This document shows positions 1-13,410 of a stretch of 64,000 nt of DNA, in pieces. Every line of letters begins with the position of its first letter. The stretch's first letter is position 1. Position numbers and translations under genes: made by a program. Location of the stretch: NCBI GenBank assembly GCA_964016885.1, contig OZ024740.1, positions 272,242,001 to 272,306,000 on the forward strand, written 5' to 3'. The notes beneath the pieces were generated by a model. It made no database searches. It saw only the letters and a list, made by a program, of their open reading frames with translations, and had not been told where the DNA came from. Source of the DNA: Eledone cirrhosa (Eukaryota).

Positions 1-1490
1 TCCAGAAGTATCTCCCATCTTTTCTTTGTTGATGACCTGAAGTTGTATGGGCCAAATATCAATGACATCAAGAAATAATTGGACCTCATTACACAATTTT
101 CAACATACATCAAAATGAAATTTGGTGAGTCCAAGTCTGCATATTTGGCAGTAAAACGTGGAAGAGCTGTGCCCTCCTCTAGAAATCTAGAGATGAATGG
201 CCTGACAATACAACCTCTACAGTCAGGTGACAACTACATATATCTTGGACAGGATGAGAATGTCAGATATGATGGACCCATAAATAAGGAGAGAACCAGA
301 ACTGAATACCTCAGAAGAGTAAAGAAAATATGGTCATGAGAACTGTCAGCGTACAACAAATACATTGTCCACAATACTTATGCTGTGCCAATTCTAACAC
401 CAGCATTTGGCCTGCTGAACTGGTCATTGCAAGAACTAAGTGAGATGGATGTTAGAACTCGCAAACTTCTTAGTGTTACTGGGAACTTTAACATCAATTG
501 TGATGTGGATAGGCTATACTTCTCACGCAAGGAAGGTGGCCGGGGTCTAAAATCCATGTTAACATCATATGAGACCCGGATAGTAACACTGAAGCAACAT
601 CTTCAACAGAGGAAAAAGGTTGGCAACCATCTTACCCAGGTTTATGAGCATGAAAAAAAAAATATCATTAGAATAGCCACTGATCTGGAGGAGAGATATG
701 GAATAAAGCCTGATATAAATCTCTCACCCAGAGAAATCGGAAGATCCTATTCAATGTTCAAACAAGATGAAAAAATTGACCAATTTACAGAAAAAGTTGT
801 GCATGGATACTTGAGACGTAAAACACAGACCATAGAGGGGATAAACCACTCAAAAAGCCTGGCATGGAGTTCCGACAGGCTTATGACATCACACCTTGAG
901 GGATATCTCTATGCAATACAGGAACAAGAACTCCCCACCAAATATCTGCTGCACAAAAGGGGAGGGTCATCAGCTGACAATAAATGTAGGCTATGTAAAA
1001 CAAAGATCGAGGATGTAAGCCACATTGTTGCCAGCTGCGAAAGAATGTCATCTCGTTACTACCTCCCCATGAGACACGATGGGGTAGCTAGAACGATCTG
1101 GAACGCACTTCGGAAAACAAAATTAACAACAAACGAGGAAGAATATATTGAGATAGATGGCACTAAGGAATACGGGTGGAACCTGAAAATAAAAACTGCC
1201 ACCAAATTAAAGCACAACCGGCCTGATATTGTTGTTTGGGACCACACATTGAAAACGTGTTCTGTTGTGGAGATCAGCTGCCCACTTGATGTAAACGTTG
1301 TCAGAAAAATACAGAAGGAGGACATCTACGGACCATTGATGAGGAGTTTACAAATCCAGTATCCAAGATACGCAGCTCCCTAATTCATAGTCTACAAATG
1401 GCTGCGATAGCTGGCACCATCAACATTTGCAAAACATTCTTGCGATTCAAGGGATTACAATTTCTTTTCTTTTACAACCTTGCCACCAGG
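1..1490 (+). mobile_element. R4/Dong-clade non-LTR retrotransposon remnant (RT C-terminus, CCHC finger, restriction-like endonuclease), degraded, cut by the window start
   Basis: Near position 15 reads HLFFVDDLKLYG (RT catalytic motif). ORF 79-339 has YIYLG. ORF 385-1383 has DVDRLYFSRKEGGRGL, AIQEQ, CRLC..EDVSHIVASC, RHDGV and HNRPDIVVWD..VVEISCP (PD-D/ExK REL). Stops and frameshifts are present. Followed by TACA/CA/TA repeats. Confidence 0.88.
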
Positions 1491-1603
1491 AAGGTGGCCG
1501 GTAAAAAAAATATACTCGAAATTAAGAGAAAGAGAAAATATACATACACTTATACACACATATATACATACATTCATACATACATACATACATACATACA
1601 TAG

Positions 1604-1665
<62 letters not shown>

Positions 1666-1912
1666 GGCGTATGTCTCTCTGACACCCTTAATTTAATTTA
1701 AATTTTGAATATATATATATATATATATACATATATAGCCTCGTTTTAACGTAGCCGTATTAACATTTGTTCACCCTCTCTTTGTTAATCTGCGTTGTCA
1801 TCCTTTCAGAACAGCAGGTAAGAAAATAATCTGAAAAAACATAAATATATGCAAAAAATAAAAGAATAAATGAAAAAACAAAAGAAAAAAAAATCATCAT
1901 TTTTCCTTACAC

Positions 1913-2339
1913 ATGTATGTATGTATGTATGTATGTATGTATGTATGTATGTATGTATGTATGTATGTATGTATGTATGTATGTATGTATGTATGTATGT
2001 ATGTATGTATGTATGTATGTATGTGTGTATGTATGTATGTTTGTATGTATGTATATGTATGTATGTATGTGTGTGTGCATGTATGTATGTATGTGTGTAT
2101 GTATGTGTGTGTGTATGTATGTATGTATGTATATATATGTGTGTGTATGTATGTATGTGTGTGTGCATGTATGTATGTGTGCATGTATGTATGTATGTAT
2201 GTATGTATGTATGTATGTATGTATGTATGTATGTATGTATGTATGTGTGTATGTATGTATGCATGTATGTATGTATATATGTATGTATATATTTATGTAT
2301 GTATCTATGTATGTCTTTCTCTCGCTCTCTTTCTACACA

Positions 2340-2411
<72 letters not shown>

Positions 2412-2510
2412 TCGATATATATATACATATATATATGTATATATATATATATATGTGTGTGCGTGTGTGTACGTACACACACACGCATATATATATATGT
2501 GTGTATGTAT
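1913..2510. repeat. (TATG)n microsatellite followed by CA and TA tracts
   Basis: Direct reading of the sequence. Confidence 0.97.
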
Positions 2511-3254
2511 CAATGAATGAATGTGAGTCCGTATGCATTATCCCCCTTTAATGACAGACTATTAAAGCATGGCATTCCATTACAAAACAGTATGATTTCG
2601 GTAAATTTTTTTTAATAGAATTAGGTCTATCTTAAAAATACAAGACTCTGGTATAATTTAATGTTAAGGCTTCTATACCTTCTATTATTTATTTACTTCT
2701 CTTTCTATTATACATTTCTTTTACGTCTCTCTTCGATTTGTTTTTCATACATTTAGTTCGGGAGAAGTTAAGTGAAGGAAAAAAAAAAAAAAATGCAAAT
2801 ACTGGGACATTTTCTTAAAGCATACTCTAGAACTAAATAATAGAGTTATAGAGCTCCTGTTAAAGATGTAGCAAAACAAAACAATGGTATCTGAATATTC
2901 CTGGCTAGATCGCTAAAATATTGTGTTCCCTTAACTAAAAAATACGATCTTTATAATGTGTTGTGGGTTGTGTAATTTTTTGTAATGTGTGCAGTTCAGG
3001 GCAAGGTAAGCTACAGGAAGTGAAGAGGGAGAAGCTAGAATATAATGCAATACAATAAATGAGATATAATTTGTTAAAGAAAAAAAAAAACGTATTAGTT
3101 CCTTTTAATGTTTCACAAAATTTCATTTATCCGATTAAATGGCCAGATTTTTTGTTATTCATCTATGATGAACAATATGCCAGTTTTGACCATCTCACTT
3201 ATTTTTCTTACTGACAGTGTACCCAGAATTACATTATACAATGAGTTCATCACT

Positions 3255-3440
3255 TTGACAGTATCGATAGAGGGTCTGACGCCATTCTTTGCTGTAAAGA
3301 GTTACGGCCCTTTATGGTCTGAGTTCAAATCCCGCCGAGGTTAACTTTGCCTTTCATCCTTACGGGGTCGATAAAATAAAGTACCAGTAATGCACTGGGA
3401 TAATTGTTGTCCTTGTGCCAAACGTAGAAACAATTATTTA
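3255..3440 (+). mobile_element. tRNA-derived SINE (family 1, short variant)
   Basis: A-box-like TGACAGTATCG, B-box GAGTTCAAATC, core GCCTTTCATCCTTACGGGGTCGATAAAATAAAGTACCAG, tail CCTTGTGCC..GAAACAATTATT. Many copies in the window. Confidence 0.88.
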
Positions 3441-3586
3441 TACGCGAGTTTGTGATAGTGCGACCACACAGAGGCTCTTTGCAGTGCTGGACTGAAATAT
3501 TTCAGTTGGGGAACAGTTTGGCGAGTCATGCAAAAACTATAAGGTGTACACGGGTGTTTACACATACAAACGCCTACACCCACATG

Positions 3587-3618
<32 letters not shown>

Positions 3619-3638
3619 AAATTTGTTAGTGTCAAGAA

Positions 3639-3674
<36 letters not shown>

Positions 3675-3675
<1 letters not shown>

Positions 3676-4084
3676 CTTCTTCTTCTTCTTCTTCTTCTTC
3701 TTCTTCTTCTTCTTCTTCTTCTTCTTCTTCTTCTTCTTCTGTTTCTTCTTATTCTTCTATGTCGCCCACATATTCCTAAGGTGGAAGGGAGGGGGTGGGT
3801 GGGTGCAGTGTCTTCAAACAATCCCTCCGGCGGGTCCTGTCAGAAGCAAATCTCTCCAACTGATCCGGCTGAATCCTCAAACGAGACCAGCCAAACTCAT
3901 GGATGTTATGGAACCATTTTGCTCGGTGTTGACCTCTGGGTCTCCTGCCGGTTGATTTTCCCTGTAAAATCTGTCCAGCAATTTCCTGAGACATTCCTAT
4001 GCCTATAGTATCGGATTTATGAACTCTCAATTCGGAGAAATAGCGGCTCAACGTGGAGTGACTTGGCAGAGTCGTTAAAACGTC
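3675..4084 (-). mobile_element. 3' fragment of RTE-clade LINE with (GAA)n tail
   Basis: Minus-strand translation ILQGKSTGRRPRGQHRAKWFHNI...LERFASDRTRRRDCL resembles the RTE ORF C-terminus (G.R.RG.PR.RW...A.DR..WR). (CTT)n on the plus strand at 3675-3740 is its tail. A second copy lies at 34353. Confidence 0.75.
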
Positions 4085-4173
4085 GGTTAGAATGCTTTGT
4101 GGTTCTTGCGTGTTGAGTTTACACACACACAGACACAGACACACACGTACATACACACACATATTCACACACA

Positions 4174-4214
<41 letters not shown>

Positions 4215-4620
4215 TGGTAAAAGGAAAAGAAAATGCTGACAAATTGTTCACAGTGAAAAATAGTTTAATTAGGAATAAGTAAAAATTAGTAATAGTATTG
4301 GTTAGTATTAAGTTTTAGTTTTAAGTTTTTACCGGTTGCGCATTTCTAATGCTTTTCAAAAATAATTTTGAGATAGAGCGTCCATGATGTTTGCTCTAAT
4401 CTGATTAGTTTTGGAAATTCTACCTGTTTATGGGAAAACAGTGGCTCCAGATGTATTAAAATAAGTTTCGCGCCAATTCGTGTTGCAAAAATTCTTGTGG
4501 TCAAAACAATTTTGATTGGTCGGTAGAGGTCATGTGAATGTTAAAAATTGATTTTGTGCCAAATGTAGGTTTGTCTCGGCTGATTGAGAAGTCACTGAAA
4601 AATAAGTCTTTCAAGACAAA
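4215..4620 (-). mobile_element. Degenerate Penelope-like pLTR with a decayed hammerhead
   Basis: Minus strand near 4326-4362 reads TTT-TTGAAAA-GCAT TAGAA ATGC-GCA-ACCGGT-A-AAA: hammerhead layout with a mutated core and palindromic stem III. CCAAT box near 4515. Flanked by TA and TG repeats. Confidence 0.35.
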
Positions 4621-4717
4621 TATGTGTGTGTGTGTGTAGTAGTAGTAAAGAGGTTCATTGTTGTGATAATCGTCATTAGGGATGTTGACAGGTCAACAGT
4701 TCAGGTGCCTATTAAGA

Positions 4718-4752
<35 letters not shown>

Positions 4753-5374
4753 CAGAGTAATTCGTGGTAGAGGGATCGGTCAGTAGGAATGTGTGTGTAC
4801 GTGTGTGGGGGATATTTTAACATGTTAAAAGATATTTTTCAGCTCTTGTCTTATACGGAGAAGTGTGTGTGTGTGTGTGTGTATATGTCTCTTTGTATGT
4901 TAGTGTACGCGTGTGTATGTGTGTGTGTATATATGTGTGTGCGTGTGTATATGTATGTGTGTGTGTGTGGATGGACCAGTATTTTTGTGATACTGGTAAA
5001 AATGGTGTACCGAATTCTCTAAGCACAAAGCAATGCCCCTTCACATTCTGTGACAAGGTACGTACGCATGTTTGTGGAATGATCACCCACTTGCGCGTTA
5101 ATTTCATCGGATCAACTGGAAAACTCGTCATCGTAACAGACGGAGTGCATTCCATATATACATATATAGCTGCAAGACTACCCAGTTCCAGTACTTTCTC
5201 AACCACAATGACATACATTACTTTCATATATTCTAGTTTAATTTTCATTTGGTACATAAAAGTATATAAGAAAACTTTAATACAAATTCAATTGAATGCA
5301 TACAGTATAGAGGTATAGGATTGAGTCTATACATAAACAAACTCGTTAACTGCTTAATGAACACAACCACAAGG

Positions 5375-5650
5375 ATATCGTCCGAACGTGGGCGAGCCGA
5401 ACTCCTACTGTCATCACCTCCATCTCTCTCGCCCTCCCCATCTCTCTGTATGGTGAACAAATGGGGTCCCACGTGCGGGCCTCCCCGCAGGCCTCCCCAC
5501 AACCCCGGCGGACAGAATGGAGAAGGCATTTCCCTGGAGGATGGTAAGGGAGATGCGCTGGAAGAGCCATTCCGACTCGCAAAGCTCACACCTGCGGCTG
5601 GCCAGCTCAGCGCCTATGGTGGTGAGTAGGGAAGTAACCCTAGGGCCAAG
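5375..5650 (+). repeat. Unclassified interspersed GC-rich repeat (copy 1)
   Basis: CTCCATCTCTCTC..CCCCATCTCTCTGTAT..AAATGGGGTCCCACGTG..GGACAGAATGGAGAAGGC is shared with 14035-14322 and 20533-20645 (both reverse). Confidence 0.8.
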
Positions 5651-5684
5651 GACACCAGAAGGGGACGACCACATGTGTGTATGA

Positions 5685-5910
5685 AGGCGCGTGGTTTAAT
5701 GGTTAGTTTGTTCAGATGGTAGGCTAATCAGTTCGATTACCTGTGGCGCGTTATCTTCTTGAGGAAGACATTTTATTTCACGTTGTTCCATTATTTTTCT
5801 AATCTGGTAAAAATATATTGTACCTGTAATTCAAAAGGCCAGCGTTGTCAAACAATGAATTTTCACGAGAACAACATGAAGTGTACATAAGTCTGTATAA
5901 TGCTCAACTA
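5685..5910 (+). mobile_element. tRNA-derived SINE (family 2), degraded
   Basis: GGCGCGTGGTTTAATGGTTAG A-box, GTTCGATT B-box, TTCTTGAGGAAGACATTTTATTTCAC core. Related copies at 19848 and near 30380. Confidence 0.6.
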
Positions 5911-5912
5911 TT

Positions 5913-6108
5913 CAGACCTGTCAACTCTCCCCATCCGGCCGGGGGATTTGCAATAGCCTTTGGGGGTAGATGAGAGTTGCCTTCTCTTGTGAAAATGGGT
6001 ATATCTTTCCTTATGTAAAATCTCCCAATGTTGCCTCATTTCTCCCCATTTTAGGTCCCTTTTTTTCATGGTATTTTCTGTTTGGGTTTTTAGGGGTTAG
6101 CAGGTCTG
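5913..6108. mobile_element. MITE (~196 bp) with terminal inverted repeats CAGACCTG(T/C)
   Basis: Left end CAGACCTGTCAAC, right end GTTAGCAGGTCTG. Second copy in reverse at 15916-16110. Confidence 0.75.
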
Positions 6109-6117
6109 TCTACTTAC

Positions 6118-6196
6118 ACGTTAATTTTGACGAACATGCAGTTCCATTGTTTGGACAATTAGAACACTCATCACCAGAACCACGGAGTTACAACAA

Positions 6197-6238
<42 letters not shown>

Positions 6239-6580
6239 GTGTGTATGTGTGTGTGTATGTGTGTGTGTGTGTGTGTGCATGCGTGTGTGTGTGTGTGTTA
6301 ATTTTTGACGAACATACAGTTCCATTGTTTGGACAATTATGACACTCATCACCAGAACCACTGGAGTTACAACAAACACACACATATATGTGTATGCGCG
6401 CTCGCGTGTGTATGCATATGTGTGTGTGTGTGTGTGTATGTGTGTGTGTATGTTTGTATGTGCATGTGCGTGTGTGCGTGTGTGCGTGTGTGCGTGTGTT
6501 AATGTTTGACAAACACACAGTTCCGTTGTTCGGACAACTCGAATAATCATCGTCAGAACCGACGGAGTTACAACACAACA
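6118..6580. repeat. Composite tandem repeat: three copies of a ~75-bp block separated by CA/TA/TG microsatellite spacers
   Basis: GTTAATTTTGACGAACA..CAGTTCCATTGTTTGGACAA..CATCACCAGAACCAC.GGAGTTACAACA at about 6120, 6297 and 6498. Confidence 0.85.
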
Positions 6581-6608
6581 CACGTATATGTGTATGTGCG
6601 CTTGAATG

Positions 6609-6646
<38 letters not shown>

Positions 6647-7234
6647 CACGTGTGTGCGTACATGTGTACGTACGTGTGTGCGTACGTGTGTGCGTACGTG
6701 TGTGCGTGAGTGTGCGTGTGTGTACGTACGTGTGTGCGTACGTGTGTGCGTGAGTGTGCGTGTGTGTGCGTACGTGTGTGCGTACGTACCTGTGTGCGTG
6801 AGTGTGCGTGTGTGTGGGTACGTGTGTGCGTACGTGTATGATTGAATACATATAAGGCATCAGAGTGAATTCGAACTTCCCTTGCTTTCGTTGGTTTGTC
6901 TTGGATAAATATGACTTTCAAAACTGTATGTCCGAACTAGAACAAATAATCTGTAAGACGGCAGTATTGTAGGAAAAAAGCAAAGAGAGGTTTGTGAGGT
7001 TCGCTTGAAGATATAGCTTCGGTCAATGCTTTATTAATTTATTGGTTTAGGGGTTGCAGGTTGGATATTGCCATCGCCTCCTCATTCGCATGACTCGATA
7101 AATTCTGAACTTTTTCAACTGTAAGAAATCGGTATGTATGTATGTATGTATGTATGTATGTATGTATGTATGTATGTATGTATGTATGTATGTATGTATG
7201 TATGTATGTATGTATGTATGTATGTATTTGTGTG

Positions 7235-7286
<52 letters not shown>

Positions 7287-8049
7287 CAAATATATATCTA
7301 TTATACGCACAGACAAACAAGAACGCTGCGAAACCAAGTTAAAAATGGCTATGCTAAGGAGACAAAGAGAGGGAGAGAAGAAAAATAACGGAAACAAAAG
7401 AAATCATACGCACACACATACACATACCAGATGAGCACACACACAAATACACATCCCCCCCCACACACATATATAAAATATATATAAAGGAAAATTATTG
7501 GTTTCGTACTTGCTAGCAACCTAGAGAAGATTTACAATGTGGCTGGAGGAAAATACCCAGGAGAGAGCCCTGTGTACTTAATAACAATATATTAGGGTCT
7601 AATACAGGGAGTTAAAAAACTGCGATCAGTTTAGGTCCTCCAAGGAATTAGTAGATACAAATTCCGTCTGTGGTGTTTAAAATCTAAAACAGCCAACAAG
7701 GAAAATAATTCACATAAGATCAATGAACCGAGGTTTTTGAAGTTATCGTCGTCGTTTGTTCATTTTGGACTGTAAACATACTATAGAGGGAGGTTTTGTC
7801 TCAGAATGGCTGAGATAATGTGAGTGATTGACATTCATCATCTTATATTATATATAAAGAGCATACTGTATTTATATTTAGTATCCAGAACACTCCCATG
7901 TAGAATTCTTCCTAGGTCATATTACTCTCCCTATCTCTCCTCTCCCTCCCTCTCGCACTCTACCTCTCTCTCCCACTCTCCCTCTCTCTCCTCTCCTCTC
8001 TCCCCCCTAACTTTGCCTCTACTACTCTCTTTCTCTTGAGATATATCTA

Positions 8050-8260
8050 CAGGGTGGGCCAGAATTCATGACTCGCCTGTTAGTTATATTTCTAATTGTT
8101 TTGATTTCTTATTTTATTTCTTAATACGCTTAGCAGGTTTCTTAATTTATTATTTTATTTCATAATATGCCTCACGGGTTTTTTTTATTTATTTTTTTTA
8201 TATTTTCTTAACCATGGCACATCCTTTGCTAATCTTGTGAGTCATGAAATCTGGCCCACC
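8050..8260. mobile_element. Tc1/mariner-type MITE
   Basis: TA|CAGGGTGGGCCAGAATTCATGACTC on the left and GAGTCATGAAATCTGGCCCACC on the right (inverted, right tip eroded). AT-rich interior. Confidence 0.7.
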
Positions 8261-8970
8261 AGATTTAGGTAAAAGTCCATCAAATTTGACAAAAGGGTAG
8301 AGTTTATTAAATCAACGCCATTACTGGTCTGGTACTTTATTTCATCGACATTAGTAGGATGAAAGGCAAAGTTGACCTCGGTGGGATTTCAACTCAGAAT
8401 GTAAAGGGACATAAAAATACTGCAATCTCATTTTATCTGGAGCTCTACAAATTCTGCCAATCCACAACTCTATTTCTTGCCTAACCGTCTACTCGATATG
8501 TCAACTACCTTTCACTTTTATGATTTCACTTTTCTTTTTTAAAATATATTTTTCCTCAGTTATTTTTCACTAACAAACATAGTTTGCCCTTAAGCAGGGT
8601 TGTTAATTTATGAAACCTTTGGTTGCAATGAATTATTGTGTGTACGAATATTTAAATGCGTATTAGTTCTGTTTATACAAAGGGCATTCCTTTTTCTTGT
8701 CGATATTTTCACTATACACACACATAACTACACATGAACACACATAAAAAACACACAAAAACACATACACACACATATAGGGGAATAATATCTATTCTGT
8801 CATACTTTCTCGGTATTAGTTTCGTAAACTAATTTGTACATATGTAGGTCATTTGCATGTTTTTATTTTAGTTCTATAGATTTGTAATGCCGATATTTTC
8901 AATGTTGTATCCTCTCTCTTGATTACATAAGCCGGCATTTGTATCAGAGTTTATTTAAGTCTGTATAACT

Positions 8971-8973
<3 letters not shown>

Positions 8974-9015
<42 letters not shown>

Positions 9016-9017
9016 TG

Positions 9018-9068
<51 letters not shown>

Positions 9069-9134
9069 GGAGAGAAAAAGAAAGAAAGAAGGAAATAAAG
9101 AGAGAGAGAGAGAGGGGGATAGAAAAAGAAAGAA

Positions 9135-9173
<39 letters not shown>

Positions 9174-9272
9174 GAGAGTAAGAGAAAAAGAAAGAAGGAA
9201 AGGGAGAGAAAAAGAGAAAGAGAGAGAGATGGAGAGAAAGAGAGAGAGAAAGAAGGAAAGAGAGAGAAAAAA

Positions 9273-9352
<80 letters not shown>

Positions 9353-9370
9353 CGGGAGAGAGAGAGGGGA
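8974..9370. repeat. TC / TA / GA microsatellite complex
   Basis: Direct reading. Confidence 0.95.
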
Positions 9371-9595
9371 CAGTAAATAGAAAGGCAGCGAATGTTCAAT
9401 TAAGAGAAGTGACAGTGACTAGATAGAACTATTTAGAACTGAGTAAAGCTTTAATCGAGAAAATGATACTTTACGTGGTATATTTGTAGAAGATATGTGT
9501 ATGTACGTGTACGTATGTGTGTATGTGTGTATGTGTATGAGTGAGAGAAAGAGAGAGTGAGAGACAATTGTGTTATACAGTTGGTAGTGTTCAAA

Positions 9596-10340
9596 GGGCG
9601 GTGGATTGGCAGCATCGGTAGAGGGTCGGACGCCATGCCTGCAGCATAGAGTGATGGCCCTTTGCGTTCTGAGTTCAAAATCCCGCTGAAGTTGACTTTG
9701 CCTTTCATCCTTACGGGGTCGATAAAATAAAGTACCAGTGATGCACTGGGTATTTGCTGGCCTTGTGCCAAAAGCAGAAACAATTATTATTTGGATTGGC
9801 AGTAGGAAGGGTGGTAGATTGGCAGAATCGGTAGAGCGTCAGACACCATGCTTTCTAGCATAGTTACGTCCCTTTACAGTCTGAATTCAAATCCCGCCGA
9901 GGTTAACTTTGCCTTTCATCCTTACGGGGTCAATAAGATAAAGTACCAGTAATACACTGGATATTTGCTGGCCTTGTGCCTAAAGTAGAAACAATTATTT
10001 GGATTGGCAGTATGCTTTCTAACATAGTTACATCCCTTTACATTTAATCAACTTCCGATTTAATCAACTTCCCCTCCCCCCATATTACTGGCTTTGTGCC
10101 TATATAAGAAACCTGGGGCGATGGATTGGCAGTATCGGTAGAGGGGCGGACGCCACGCTTTGCAGCATAGAGTTATGGCCATTTACGTTCTGAGTTCATA
10201 ATCCCGCCGGGAATAACTTTGCCTTTCATCTTTACGGGGTCGATAAAATAAAGTACCAGTCACGCACTGGGGTCGATTTAATCGACTTTCCCCTCTCCCC
10301 AAAATTGCTGGCCTTGTGCCTGCATAAGAAATCATTATGG
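9596..10340 (+). mobile_element. Head-to-tail cluster of 3-4 family-1 tRNA-SINE copies
   Basis: Repeated GGTGGATTGGCAG..CGGTAGAG heads at about 9600, 9810 and 10120, each with B-box and CCTTGTGCC..GAAA(C/T)..ATT tail. Confidence 0.9.
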
Positions 10341-10489
10341 TAGCGTTCGCAGGGATGTAATAACCGGGAGTGTAGGTTGGCGTGCCTCTTTGGCATGTCA
10401 AGACGGTTCCATACGCAAATATTTCATTAGTAACTTCCAGAGACCCACCAGTATAATAATTACCTTGATTTAAACTCAAACACCAAACA

Positions 10490-10527
10490 CGCTCGCGCGC
10501 ACATACACGCAAACACGCACACAAACA

Positions 10528-10590
<63 letters not shown>

Positions 10591-10847
10591 GTATCTCTAT
10601 ATATATAAACTTGCAAATGTACATATACAGACACACACACACACACATGCACGCACATAAACACTCACACACACACACACACATACACACACATACACAC
10701 GGACAAAAACATACACACACACACATATATATGTATCTATATATATAAACTTGCAAATGTACATATACAGACACAGACACACACACACATGCACGCACAT
10801 AAACACTCACACACACACACACACACATACACACACATACACGCGGA

Positions 10848-10910
<63 letters not shown>

Positions 10911-11079
10911 GTATCTATATATATAAACTTGCAAATGTACATATACAGACACAGACACACACACACATGCACGCACATAAACACTCTCACACACACACAC
11001 GCATATATATATATATAAACTTACAAATGTACATATACAGACACACACACACATACACGCACACAAATACACGCACACA

Positions 11080-11114
<35 letters not shown>

Positions 11115-11185
11115 TTACAAATGTACACAGAAACACACACAGAAACACACACACATCAATACACAAACAAACACACACGCGCACG

Positions 11186-11219
<34 letters not shown>

Positions 11220-11729
11220 AACTTACAAAAAATACTTTTACAGACACAGCCATACACTCACTCTCACACACACACACACACACATGTATATATTGATATT
11301 CACATACATACGATCACAAAACATATACTAGCGCATAACACTCAAATAGACATAGACATACTTAACACATACACAGACATAAACGCACACAAATACGCAC
11401 ACATACATAAACACAAACACACACACACAGAGGAACACGCACACAAACACATATACATAAACACACACACACATACACACACAAACAAACGCACACAAAC
11501 ATATACATAAACACACACAAATACACAGATATACATACACAAACACACACTCATATACATAAACACAAACACATATACACAAACACACACACACACACAC
11601 ACATACATAAACACACATACATAACACACACACACACAAACACACATACATAACACACACACACACAAACACAAACACACACAAACACACACACACACAA
11701 ACATACACACATACATAAACACACACACA

Positions 11730-11778
<49 letters not shown>

Positions 11779-11785
11779 CTATATA
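10490..11785. repeat. CA-rich composite minisatellite with recurrent block ATATATAAACTTGCAAATGTACATATACAGACAC
   Basis: Block recurs at about 10600, 10740, 10920, 11010, 11105 and 11215 with CA spacers. Confidence 0.9.
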
Positions 11786-12204
11786 ATTGTTTCTAATTTT
11801 GGCACAAGGCCAGCAATTATCCCAGTGTATTACTGGTACTTTATTTTATCGGATGAAAGGCAAAGTTAACCTCGGCGGGATTTGAACTCAGATCATAAAG
11901 GGAGGTAACTCTATGCTTCAAAGCATGGCGTCCGACCCTCTACCATTGCTAATGTGTGATATATGGTACAATCTCAAACACTTAACTACTCACGCACACA
12001 CAAACGAACACATGAACTGTTTTACATGCACATTAAAACCAAACGTTGTTATATGTTCACTGATAGACACACATTAAGACACACACACATCTACACTTGT
12101 GTATACAGATATATAATCAGTGTTTCATTTAGACACACACACACACACACACACTCTCTCTCTCTATCTCTCCCTCTTTCACACACACACACATACACAC
12201 ATAC

Positions 12205-12749
12205 ATGCGAAGATTCAGATACAGATAGAGTATTTCACTCGTGCACACCCATATCCACACACGCACATACACACACTCACACACACATACAGACTTACAC
12301 ACACACACACACACACATACATGTTCAGATACAGATAGAGTATTTCACACATATCCACACACACACACAGACACACAAACACACACTCACACATACACAC
12401 TCACACACACACACTCACATACATGTTGAGATACAGATAGAGTATTTCATTCGTGCACATAGATACACACACACACACACACACACATGTTCAGATACAG
12501 ATAGAGTATTTCACTCGTGAACACACATATCCACACACACACAGACACACACACACTCACACACACACACACATACACACTCACACACACACACACTCAC
12601 ACACATGTTGAGATACAGATAGAGTATTTCATTCGTGCACACACATATCAACACACACACAGACACACCCACATACACACACACACACATGTTCAGATAC
12701 AGATAGAGTATTTCACTCGTGCACACAGACACACACACTCACACACACA

Positions 12750-12794
<45 letters not shown>

Positions 12795-12835
12795 CATGTT
12801 CAGATACAGATAGAGTATCTCAGTCGTGAACACAC
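12205..12835. repeat. Composite minisatellite: about 7 copies of CATGTTCAGATACAGATAGAGTATTTCACTCGTG separated by CA tracts
   Basis: Copies at about 12212, 12320, 12422, 12487, 12604, 12688 and 12795. Confidence 0.92.
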
Positions 12836-12917
12836 ATATCATCTCCACACACACATACACACCTAGGCTGCCACATATGTTCATACATACACACGAATAC
12901 ACGCATCCACATACATA

Positions 12918-13019
<102 letters not shown>

Positions 13020-13225
13020 CTCCAAGATAATTGAAGAAGAAAAGATACACCAAATGAAGACAAGAACAACAATAATTCTTAAAAATTACAGCCCAAGCTT
13101 CATCATCATTACTACATCACGTCTGCTACTTCCTCTTCTTCTTCTTCTTCTTCTTCTCTCCTCCCCCTCCTCCTCCACCTCCTCTTCCTGCTCTCCGTCC
13201 ACTTTCTTCATCATTACCAGCAACA

Positions 13226-13379
13226 CATCATCATCATCATCACCGCCACCATCAACATCATCACCACCACCACCAGCACCCCCACCACCACCACCACCAC
13301 CACCACCACCACCACCAGCACCAGCACCACCACCACCACCACCACCAGCACCGCCACCATCACCACCAGCACCAGCACC

Positions 13380-13410
<31 letters not shown>

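Noticed and set aside
1398-2551. Many overlapping ORFs (MYVC.., HTHT.., IYIY..) here and throughout the window
   Set aside because: They are translations of stop-free microsatellites with no domain content.
12205-12835. Possible CRISPR array
   Set aside because: Spacers are CA microsatellites of variable length, the context is eukaryotic and there are no cas genes.
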